From: an uncultured bacterium
GTDB taxonomy: Bacteria > Zhuqueibacterota > QNDG01 > DTFT01
Length of the DNA: 64,000 nucleotides
NCBI GenBank assembly: GCA_963736115.1
Contig: CAVTNR010000010.1
Location: forward strand, 96,001-160,000
Direction of reading: 5' to 3'
The position numbers were made by a program, and so were the translations under genes. Below the pieces are notes generated by a model. The model did no database searches. It saw nothing but the letters and a program-made list of their open reading frames with translations, and was not told the origin of the DNA. Shown here one piece after another: positions 55,316 through 64,000 of the stretch (position 1 is its first letter; each line of letters starts with the position of its first letter).

Positions 55316-55370
55316 TTACATATCCCGTTTCAGGAGTAATTTTCCGCGTATTCGCACAATTCCTGCCAAT

Positions 55371-55400
55371 AAAAAACCCGGCGCGCAAGGCTCGCCGGGT
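55371..55400 (-). terminator. Intrinsic terminator after DUF2059
   Basis: AAAAAACCCGGCG...CGCCGGGT. Confidence 0.75.
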
Positions 55401-55424
55401 CAATGTAATTTCCTATCGGAAGGA

Positions 55425-55928
55425 TTATTGCAAGCCCTTCTCTTTCAACTTTTCCTGAATGAGTACCTGCAGGTCGCGCTGAACACCACCGGCCCAAATA
55501 CGCGATGCTTCCGTCATTTCACGAACAACAATCGGGCTTTCGGAAAGGAATTTTTTTCCCGCTTCAGATTCATAGAAATCAGCAATCGAGACCAGTTCAG
55601 CTTCGGTAAAGACCTTGGCAAAAACCTGCGCAACCTCATTTTCCAGATCGCCGCGCCGCGATGCAAATGTCAGGGCCGCCTCATCTACCAGCACAGTCAG
55701 TTGGGCTTCTTCATCAGGCCTGTTGCGGATCAGTTCGGCTTTTGCCTCTTCTGCCATTTGCGGAAGAATAATATCAAGCCTGTCTGTCGAGCGGGTAGCT
55801 GTGATAGCACGTTTTGCTGCATTCAAATGGCTTTCAGTGGCCTCTTGCGCCACTACCGATTGAACTGCACCCACAGCGAAGATCATCACAGCCAATACAT
55901 AAACCGCGATCTTGTTTCCAAATTTCAT
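55425..55928 (-). CDS. DUF2059 exported protein
   Basis: Signal peptide; FTEAEL...FYESEAGKKF; usual position between rpiA and gor. Confidence 0.85.
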   Translation of the reverse strand: MKFGNKIAVYVLAVMIFAVGAVQSVVAQEATESHLNAAKRAITATRSTDRLDIILPQMAEEAKAELIRNRPDEEAQLTVLVDEAALTFASRRGDLENEVAQVFAKVFTEAELVSIADFYESEAGKKFLSESPIVVREMTEASRIWAGGVQRDLQVLIQEKLKEKGLQ

Positions 55929-55999
55929 TTCAAATACTCCATAATCAGGCGAACCACCTGATCCTTCAAATTATCGCTTATCGTGCTACATTACACGCA

Positions 56000-56688
56000 T
56001 CAACGTTTTTTTATACTAATTCCCTCAGCACCCGCAATGACAGCAGCGTTGGCAAGTCCTAAAAAAGTCCATGCTGAACCACGCCAGGAATCTCAAGCAG
56101 ACCTGTTGAAAGGGTTTCTGCATCCGGAATACGGCCAAATGATGCATCAAGAATAAAATGACCGCCATCGGTTACAAACGGTGCGGTTTCGCTTCCGCGT
56201 AATACGATCGCACCTTTCAATTGCAGGCTTTCTGCGAGCTTTGCAATCGCAATCCGTGTCGCACCAAGCCCGAACGGATTGACTTCCACAGGTAGTGGAA
56301 ATGCCCCAATCGTCTCGACCACCTTGCTTGCATCGGCAATCACCACCATTTGGCTGGATGCGGCAGCAACGATCTTTTCACGCAGCAGTGCTCCGCCGCC
56401 ACCTTTTATCAGGCGAAGATCGTGGTCGATTTCATCCGCCCCATCAATGGTCAAATCCAACTGCGGAGTTTCATCCAAAGTGGTCAACGGAACACCCAGT
56501 TCTTCACATAGCGCCCTCGAGCGCTCGGAAGTCGGAACGCCAATGATCTTGAGCCCGGCTTTTACCTCTTTTGCCAAAATCCGAATGAACTCATCTGCTG
56601 TCGATCCGGTTCCGATACCGAGCCGCATTCCGTCTTCGACAAAATCGAACGCTGCTCTTGCTGCTGCGATTTTCAATTCTACTGACAT
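56000..56688 (-). CDS. rpiA: Ribose-5-phosphate isomerase A; apparent -1 frameshift in the A6 run at 56061-66
   Basis: [39 protein letters not shown]; adding one T restores [20 protein letters not shown]. Confidence 0.95.
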
Positions 56689-56885
56689 ATCCTCACCCCG
56701 GCCTGTTTCCATGTAATCAAGCAATTGCGCAACCGCGTAACACGGCGAAAACCGCATTTCCAGACAACCGCGTAACTTCTTCGTGCATAAGTCGCAATTA
56801 TCGATGGAGTATCCCGCTCAAGGGAATTTGGACTTGAGAACACATCTCACCTGATATAACCGGACTGCAAACAGGAGTTGGCACC

Positions 56886-57551
56886 ATGCCTCAAAATACC
56901 GCAATCATATTTGATCTTGATGGAACACTGGCCGACACCGCACCAGATCTGCTTGCTTCCCTGAACCATTGTGTGCGCGACCACGGTTTTGAGACTTTTA
57001 CCCTCAACGAAATCGGCCATCTTGTCGGCCAGGGTTCGATTGCGATGATCAAACGCGCTTTTGAGCTGCACAACAAGGATCTTGGAGAAGAACTCCTGAA
57101 AACCCTTCACCGTGAATTTCTGGTTCACTATGAGGCAAACATCGCGGTTCATTCAAGATTGTTTCCGGGGATACCGGAATTATTGAACGACCTTGACAAG
57201 GACGGACATCTTTTGTGCATCTGCACCAACAAGTATGAGGGAATGGCACGCAAGCTGTTGAACGAATTGGGCGTTTACAACCGCTTTGCAGCGGTCACCG
57301 GCGGGGACAGTTTCGAATTCAAGAAGCCGGATGCGCGACATCTTCTGAAAACACTGGAAATAGCTGACCGCGCCAGGGGCATCATGGTAGGTGACACCGT
57401 TACGGATGCCCATGCCGCTCAAAATGCCAAAATGCCACTGGTTCTGGTCGACTTCGGATATTCAGCCGAGCCTGTCAGCATATTCAATCCCGATGCGATC
57501 ATTTCGCATTTTGACGAAGCCTACCAGGCAATCGTCAATTTGCGAAAGTAA
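56886..57551 (+). CDS. gph: HAD phosphoglycolate phosphatase
   Basis: FDLDGTLADT, CTNK, KKPD, MVGD, FGY. Confidence 0.85.
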   Translation: MPQNTAIIFDLDGTLADTAPDLLASLNHCVRDHGFETFTLNEIGHLVGQGSIAMIKRAFELHNKDLGEELLKTLHREFLVHYEANIAVHSRLFPGIPELLNDLDKDGHLLCICTNKYEGMARKLLNELGVYNRFAAVTGGDSFEFKKPDARHLLKTLEIADRARGIMVGDTVTDAHAAQNAKMPLVLVDFGYSAEPVSIFNPDAIISHFDEAYQAIVNLRK

Positions 57552-57560
57552 TGGGTTGGA

Positions 57561-59723
57561 TTATGCCACTTTCTTGCTTAGTGGCAGTTCCGGACCTTCC
57601 AGCCAACTCATCAGATTAACGAGGCTCATCGGCTTGGCAAAAAAGAACCCTTGCATGATCCTGCATCCGCCTGCTTTGAGTGCCAGCAACTGGGCTTCCG
57701 TTTCCACGCCTTCAGCGACTGTTTCATAGTCCAGACTGTGGGCCATTGCGATGATCGTGCGGACAATTGCCTCACCATGCCTGTCATTTCCACCCAATGT
57801 ATTGACGAAACTGCGGTCGATCTTGAAAACGTCGAACGGCAAACGGCTCAATTGCGCCAGATTTGAGTAACCGGTACCAAAATCGTCAATGGCGAACCGG
57901 ACACCATGCCGCTTGAGTTCCTCAATATGGCTGAGAGCTATGTCGGGATAGCTCATCGCCATGCTCTCGGTAATTTCGAGTTCCAGAAGCGATGCATCCG
58001 CTCCTGTCTTTGCAAGGATGGCCAAGACGATGTCGCTGAATTCTGCCTTTTCGAATTGCTGCATCGAAATGTTGACCGCAACAGGGATTCGGTGACCGGC
58101 ATTGGTAAATACATTGATTTGTTTGCAGGCTGTCTCAATGACGTATTCACCAAGCGGAATAATCAGGCCGCAATCCTCGGCAATCGAAATGAACTCGCCG
58201 GGATTGATCATTCCCTTTTCCGGATGATGCCAGCGGATCAACCCTTCGAGGCTGTGAACCTTCATCGTCTGTGTATCGATCTTCGGCTGATAAAACAGTT
58301 CAAGTTCGCCATTGCCAAGCGCCTTGCGCAAATCCGACTCGATTTCCATTCGGTGCGTGGCCTGCTCATTCAGCTCTTTGGAGAAGAAGCGGAAGGTGTT
58401 CTTTCCCTCTTCCTTGGCCTGGTACATCGCCATGTCGGCGTGCTTGAGGATGGTCTGGTAGTCATGGCCATCGCGCGGGAAAGCCGCAATGCCGATAGAG
58501 GCGCCAACCACAATTTCCTTGCCCTCGATCACAAACGGCTTTGTCATCGAATTGATGATCCGGCGGGCTACAATAGCCGTATCGGTTTCCTCGCGGATTT
58601 CCGGCAGCAGGATCGTAAACTCGTCGCCGCCAAGGCGGGCAAAAGTATTGGACTTCCTGTCATCATCGCTTTCGCTGATTTCATGCGCTTCCAGAGCGGC
58701 ATCAAAGGATACCTGATCACCGTGACGCACCACATCACTGATGCGTTCGGCAAAGCTTGTCAGCAACTTGTCACCAAAATCATGTCCAAAAGTGTCATTA
58801 ACGCGTTTGAACCCGTCAAGATCGACAAACAGCAGCGCGCCCGATGTGCCTGTCCGCTCATTCTTGGCAACGGCGCGCGACAACTCCCTGCGAAAAAATT
58901 CGCGGTTTGGCAGGCGGGTAATCTTGTCAACATAAGCCAGATCATAAATTTGTGCTATATTCTGGCGAATTGTGCCAACCATCTGGTTGAAAGCAGCAGC
59001 AAGCTGACGAACCTCAAGCGCGCCCTTGCCTTCTGCCTCCCTCTCCAGATCACCTTCGGCAATGGCCATAGCTGTCTGGGACAGGCCCCTCAATGGAGCG
59101 GTAATCTGCGAGATCATTTTGGCAGCAAGAACAAGCCCGAAAAGCAGGATCGGTATTACCGACAGCAATCTGGCCTTTATCATCGGATAAAGCACTTCGC
59201 CAATGGCAGGATTGTGGAAGCTGATCATGACCGAGCCGATAGCACGCGGCGTGATTGCAAAATTGTTGTTGCCTGTCTCAAGCAAGGGTTCGACCACCTC
59301 GATTAGAGGACCGGCAACACGGTAGGTGGTCTTGGCGTTTTCCATCGCATCAGTCTGCAAGGTGGACACATTGATCGGAATAATCGGCGACGTCATCAGA
59401 TCACCATCCAGGAAGAAGGTTCCTTCCCGGTCGATAACGATCAGGCGCTCCACATTTGGACGTTTGTGGACCGAAGCCAATATTCTCTCCAGATCATCCA
59501 GATCGAGATTGAAGAGCTGCTGCTCAAAACTGCGGGCAATAAGATTTGTTGTCGCGATGGCATCATTGAAACGCGATTGGCGGGACTTTTCCAGCTCTGA
59601 TGCGGTGTCACTGGCAAGCTGCGCAGCCAGCAAAAGCGCTGCAACACAAAACACCAGACTTAAAAATCTGAAATGTAATCCCGAGACGATGCCCCCGCAC
59701 CACGTCTTTACTGAATTCATCAT
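57561..59723 (-). CDS. Membrane-bound HAMP-GGDEF-EAL c-di-GMP enzyme
   Basis: Two TM helices, HAMP, DLDGFKRVNDTFGH, RLGGDEF, YQPK...EGLIRW, ELEITES, DDFGTGYS, AEGVET. Confidence 0.92.
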   Translation of the reverse strand: MMNSVKTWCGGIVSGLHFRFLSLVFCVAALLLAAQLASDTASELEKSRQSRFNDAIATTNLIARSFEQQLFNLDLDDLERILASVHKRPNVERLIVIDREGTFFLDGDLMTSPIIPINVSTLQTDAMENAKTTYRVAGPLIEVVEPLLETGNNNFAITPRAIGSVMISFHNPAIGEVLYPMIKARLLSVIPILLFGLVLAAKMISQITAPLRGLSQTAMAIAEGDLEREAEGKGALEVRQLAAAFNQMVGTIRQNIAQIYDLAYVDKITRLPNREFFRRELSRAVAKNERTGTSGALLFVDLDGFKRVNDTFGHDFGDKLLTSFAERISDVVRHGDQVSFDAALEAHEISESDDDRKSNTFARLGGDEFTILLPEIREETDTAIVARRIINSMTKPFVIEGKEIVVGASIGIAAFPRDGHDYQTILKHADMAMYQAKEEGKNTFRFFSKELNEQATHRMEIESDLRKALGNGELELFYQPKIDTQTMKVHSLEGLIRWHHPEKGMINPGEFISIAEDCGLIIPLGEYVIETACKQINVFTNAGHRIPVAVNISMQQFEKAEFSDIVLAILAKTGADASLLELEITESMAMSYPDIALSHIEELKRHGVRFAIDDFGTGYSNLAQLSRLPFDVFKIDRSFVNTLGGNDRHGEAIVRTIIAMAHSLDYETVAEGVETEAQLLALKAGGCRIMQGFFFAKPMSLVNLMSWLEGPELPLSKKVA

Positions 59724-59977
59724 CTGTCCACCACTAAGCCGGCCTATTCTTGTTTTATAGCCGTTCCCTGCAGAAACACTTTTACAGCAGGAAAAATGAG
59801 AACTGGTAAACAATGCGGTATTTGATTGAAATTTCAGCCAAAAATTCAAACAATGGTTATCAAAACCTTTTCAGTTGTCCGATCCGGCATCGTTCAAAAG
59901 TTGACTTTAAGTTCAAACGATTTCACGCTAGGAACACGCCGAACATCACAGGAAAGCCAGTTGGAGCACCTCCCATC

Positions 59978-61594
59978 ATGACACAGACCGTCTACAACCT
60001 TTTCCCTCTTGGTTCTGACGAAACGCCCTACAGAAAGCTCACATCGGATCATGTAGGTATTGCCGAGTTCCAGGGCCGAAAGATATTGACCGTTGCACCC
60101 GAAGGCTTGCGGCTGTTGTCCGAACAGGCTTTCATCGACATCAACCATTTGTTGCGCCCTGCACATCTAAAGCAGCTGGCAAAGATACTGGACGACCCGG
60201 AGGCGACCGAAAATGACCGCTTCGTAGCCTTCGACCTTCTGAAAAATGCAAACATTGCAGCCGGAGGCGTGTTGCCGATGTGCCAGGACACCGGCACCGC
60301 AATCATCATGGGCAAGAAAGGCATCAATGTCTGGACCGACGGCACTGATGACGAAGCCCTCGGAAAAGGCGTTATGGATGCCTATGAGAAAAAGAACCTG
60401 CGCTACTCGCAATTGGCACCCATCTCGATGTTCGAGGAAAAAAACACCAAAAACAATCTGCCTGCGCAGGTTGAAATATATTCTGAAGGTACCGATGCCT
60501 ACAAGCTGTTGTTTGTTGCCAAGGGCGGCGGATCTGCAAACAAGACTTTCCTGTATCAGGGAACGCCGTCCCTGTTGACACATGACCGGATGATTGATTT
60601 CCTCAAGGAGAAAATCCTTACCCTTGGAACCTCCGCCTGCCCGCCCTACCATCTGGCAATCGTGATCGGCGGTCTTTCTGCCGAGCAGACACTAAAGACC
60701 GTGAAACTGGCTTCCACCAAGTACCTGGACAGTCTGCCAACTAAAGGCTCCGAGGATGCCCATGCATTCCGCGACCTCGAAATGGAAGCTGAAGTTCACA
60801 AGATGACACAGCAGCTTGGTGTCGGCGCCCAGTTTGGCGGCAAGTATTTCTGCCATGATGTGCGGGTGATCCGCCTGCCGCGTCACGGCGCTTCCCTGCC
60901 AATTGGATTGGGTGTTTCCTGCTCTGCCGACAGGCAGGCAATGGGGAAAATCACCTCTGAGGGCATTTTTCTGGAGCAACTGGAATCCGATCCGTCAAAA
61001 TACCTCCCGGAAATCACAGACGAGCATCTCGATGACAATGTGGTAAAAATCAACCTCAACCAGCCGATGAATCAAATCCTCAGCGAACTCTCCAAACACC
61101 CTGTAAAAACTCGTCTTTCCTTGACCGGCACCATCATTGTTGCCCGTGATCTTGCGCATTCGAAAATTCGCGAGCGGCTGGAAAACGGCGAGGAAATGCC
61201 GCAATATTTCAAGGACCATCCGGTTTATTACGCCGGTCCGGCCAAGACGCCCAAAGGCATGGCGTCAGGCTCCTTCGGCCCGACAACAGCCGGTCGCATG
61301 GACAGCTATGTTGACCAGTTCCAGTCCTTCGGCGGCTCCATGGTGATGCTTGCCAAGGGCAACCGTTCGCGCCAGGTACGCGATGCCTGCGCCCGCCATG
61401 GCGGTTTTTATCTCGGCTCTATCGGGGGGCCTGCAGCCCGCCTCGCCCAGGATTGCATCAAGAATGTCGAGGTTGTCGAATACCCTGAACTGGGAATGGA
61501 AGCGATCTGGAAAATCGAGGTTGTGGACTTCCCGGCCTTCATCGTTATCGACGACAAGGGCAACGATTTCTTCAAAGAGCTGAATTTGGGATAA
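59978..61594 (+). CDS. Class I (Fe-S) fumarate hydratase
   Basis: [44 protein letters not shown]. Confidence 0.96.
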   Translation: MTQTVYNLFPLGSDETPYRKLTSDHVGIAEFQGRKILTVAPEGLRLLSEQAFIDINHLLRPAHLKQLAKILDDPEATENDRFVAFDLLKNANIAAGGVLPMCQDTGTAIIMGKKGINVWTDGTDDEALGKGVMDAYEKKNLRYSQLAPISMFEEKNTKNNLPAQVEIYSEGTDAYKLLFVAKGGGSANKTFLYQGTPSLLTHDRMIDFLKEKILTLGTSACPPYHLAIVIGGLSAEQTLKTVKLASTKYLDSLPTKGSEDAHAFRDLEMEAEVHKMTQQLGVGAQFGGKYFCHDVRVIRLPRHGASLPIGLGVSCSADRQAMGKITSEGIFLEQLESDPSKYLPEITDEHLDDNVVKINLNQPMNQILSELSKHPVKTRLSLTGTIIVARDLAHSKIRERLENGEEMPQYFKDHPVYYAGPAKTPKGMASGSFGPTTAGRMDSYVDQFQSFGGSMVMLAKGNRSRQVRDACARHGGFYLGSIGGPAARLAQDCIKNVEVVEYPELGMEAIWKIEVVDFPAFIVIDDKGNDFFKELNLG

Positions 61595-61841
61595 AATTAC
61601 GCAGTAATTTTACCGTAGACTGGCAGACAATTTCCCGCAGGGAAATGACGTGAGGGCTGGGGCACAAGGTCCCGGCTCTCATCGCAAATGCACCGGTCCG
61701 GCAGCGTCAACATAAATACTCGTTTCGCATAACCGTACCGATTAAACATATATCAATTGTCCCCTGATACCATGTGCAAGTTCGAAATCCCACGGGGTTT
61801 TCGGCGCCGATGCACATTCGCCTTGAATATGGGGATACAAG

Positions 61842-62360
61842 ATGAAGTTTATACTTGGCTTGACTGTGATCGTTGTCGGTGCCGGCTTTCTCATCGCGAG
61901 CAAACTCGATGCCTCGCTTCCTACTGCGAAAAAGATTGCCGTCGAACCCGATAGCGTAGCCTTTCATTGCGCAAAGGCTATCCCGCAGATTTTCAGCAAG
62001 GCAAAGGAAGCGGGCGACGACTTTGGCGGAATACCTGATAGCGTGGCCTTTGCCGGATTTGATTATGTCACCACCAACTACTGTCTTTGTAATCAGGAAA
62101 AATTTGGCAATGACCATTCTGCTGCTGAAAAGGAATTGTTCGGGCAATTGGCCGGGCTGAACCTGAAGCTGTCCTTTTCAAACACGATCGGCAAAAAATA
62201 CCGCCAGGAACTTGAGCAGGAAGGCCAAATGATCGTCAAAAAACACAGCGATCTGATCAAATTGCAACCGGCATGGATGAAACAAACCAACGATATCTTC
62301 CGAACCTGCAGGAAGGAACAGAAAATCCGGGGAAATCTTGTATCGCAAATTTTACGATAG
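61842..62360 (+). CDS. Hypothetical exported protein with four Cys
   Basis: N-terminal hydrophobic helix; upstream GGGG RBS; no recognised motif. Confidence 0.6.
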   Translation: MKFILGLTVIVVGAGFLIASKLDASLPTAKKIAVEPDSVAFHCAKAIPQIFSKAKEAGDDFGGIPDSVAFAGFDYVTTNYCLCNQEKFGNDHSAAEKELFGQLAGLNLKLSFSNTIGKKYRQELEQEGQMIVKKHSDLIKLQPAWMKQTNDIFRTCRKEQKIRGNLVSQILR

Positions 62361-62410
62361 ACAATTTTTGACACCGTACTTCGTGAAATCAGGTTCGCAT
62401 AACCAAAGGC

Positions 62411-62983
62411 ATGACTGATCAAATGTTCCCAAGCTTCTCCTCCATTTTCGGACTTGGAATCGTTATTGCCCTGGTGGGTTATATCTACAAGCGTGACGCA
62501 ATCCATTGGGAATATGTGGCTAATGGTTACAAACGCAATTGGGCGACACCCATCAAGGAGTGCTGGGGCAACGCCGTATTATACGGCAAGTTCACCGCAT
62601 CCAAATCCTACAACGGAATTCTGAAAATCGGTATTTTCCCGGATGGCTTTGCAATGCGGGTCATGTTTCCGCCTAAAGCAATTTTTTGCAAGCCGATCTT
62701 CATTCCCTATCGTGACATTCTTGGCTGGAACCAGACGTGGTATATCAATGACGAGACGGTCGAACTTGAATTGAAGCATGCTCCCGAGGTCAAGATCGTC
62801 ATGCCCCGCAGCCAGGTGGAATGGATGAAGGAAAACGCCGGAGCGCAATTAAGGCTGATGAATGAGCCCTCGCCTCACAAGGACAAGCCCGTTTTCTGGT
62901 ATTGGATCATCATCGCACAGGGTGTGATGGCGGTATTGCTGGTAATTTTCCTGTTGTACAAGTATCTGACCTGGCCGAATTAG
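62411..62983 (+). CDS. Hypothetical membrane protein
   Basis: N- and C-terminal TM helices around an aromatic-rich domain (IFIPYRDI, PH-like). Confidence 0.65.
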   Translation: MTDQMFPSFSSIFGLGIVIALVGYIYKRDAIHWEYVANGYKRNWATPIKECWGNAVLYGKFTASKSYNGILKIGIFPDGFAMRVMFPPKAIFCKPIFIPYRDILGWNQTWYINDETVELELKHAPEVKIVMPRSQVEWMKENAGAQLRLMNEPSPHKDKPVFWYWIIIAQGVMAVLLVIFLLYKYLTWPN

Positions 62984-63102
62984 ACCGAGGGCATGAATCA
63001 GAAACAGAGCAGTGTTGATGTAAATCCCCCAAGTCAACAAGCTTCCTGCTTTACATTTTCATAATCCTGCCATGCTATTCTTCGCGCAAATGCGGGGAAC
63101 AA

Positions 63103-64000
63103 ATGCGCTTCTTGTTTTCAAATTTATGGCTGTTCATGCTGGCAATCCTGTCAGCTTTGGTGATCATTGTTCCTGAACTGGGCATGATTGCAGCGATCAG
63201 CGTGATAGGAATTCCACTGGCAATCGCCTATTGGGCAATTCCTGCCCTTTTCATGGTCTTGCTCATCGTCAGGATATTTTGCCTTTTCCTGCCACTGCAT
63301 GGCGCGGCCGCAATATTGCTGGCGATTGCAGGATGCGCTGTCCTTCTTGCTGTTCCTCCGTTCCTGATCAATGCGCAGGATCAAATCCGGCGCGTATTCA
63401 TATGTGGCGAAGGACCACAATGAATTGGTGCTGCCCCTCACCGCAAAATCAATTGCGGTGCGCCGCGCCCTGCGTTTCGACAAGGGAACAACACGATGCG
63501 ATGGTTTTTGCATGCACGCATTGCTTACAGGTACTGCGGAGAAAATTCTGGTTGTCGATACAAAGGCCATTGATCAGCCAATCAATCTCAATGAACCGGC
63601 GGAAGAATTCAGCCTCGAAAAAAGGGCCATTTGCCCCCAAATGCAATTCAAGTCCGGCTATCACGACCTTGATTTGCGAGCAGTGAACAAAAGCAGCGAA
63701 AGGTCTGCAAGTCCGCTTGAGGAAATGAACCTTCGCATTTCAAACGGTGAATGCCTGGTTTCCCGGCAGACAACATTGGCAGAGGCAGACATCATCATTT
63801 CAGAAGGCCGCATTCATGCCCAGGCAAGACGGGCTTTAAACTCCGGTTTCAGCCTTACCTCCGATGCTGTTACCGCTGACCGCATCACCATCCATGACAA
63901 TTCGAAGAAAAATGGATCTGCATCCGAAATCTATCGCTGGACCGGCGTGCAATACTCGCCCTTGGGATTTTTCCTTCTGCCTGCTCCGCAGTTCATCTAT
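63103..64000 (+). CDS. Hypothetical membrane protein (runs off window); apparent +1 frameshift at 63378-79
   Basis: About three TM helices; removing one G gives IKSGAYSYVAKDHNELVLP...CDGFCMHALL..., open to 64000. Confidence 0.65.

Noticed and set aside
45138-56688. ttcA and rpiA as pseudogenes or programmed frameshifts
   Set aside because: Single indels in otherwise intact conserved genes, with the same error pattern across the window
43749-64000. Right half as a genomic island
   Set aside because: It carries core housekeeping genes and has no mobility genes or att sites

Overview
The window joins two unrelated genomes at about 43,748. Left part (1-43,748; GC-rich; FCB-group organism, probably KSB1/Calditrichota-like from its YPNPFNP C-terminal sorting domain and a PorV-like gene): a >29 kb co-oriented cluster of 12 exported carbohydrate-active enzymes (GH29, 3x GH2, GH51-like, GH39, GH127/146, GH42, 2x GH3-PA14, GH31, GH97) plus a CE1 esterase, with no susC/susD in view. 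Divergent from it is a TorF-like porin plus potABCD operon, whose promoter is followed directly by an unrecognised structured 5' leader RNA (best novelty candidate). Next come a PorV-like protein, a LigB dioxygenase, a GH5 with a sorting domain, TfoX, PhzF and a 5'-truncated Cache-PAS-PAS-CBS-DUF294 sensor nucleotidyltransferase. Right part (43,749-64,000; visibly lower GC; Rhizobiales-type alphaproteobacterium): housekeeping region with potA, ttcA, eamA, rpsD, a tadG-like gene, murI, PAP2, GFA, class II DAHP synthase, GGCT, gor, DUF2059, rpiA, gph, a GGDEF-EAL protein, class I fumarase and hypotheticals. Seven single-base frameshifts across both parts look like sequencing errors. No tRNA, rRNA, CRISPR array or transposase was seen. 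All family calls come from motif recognition by eye, not from database searches.
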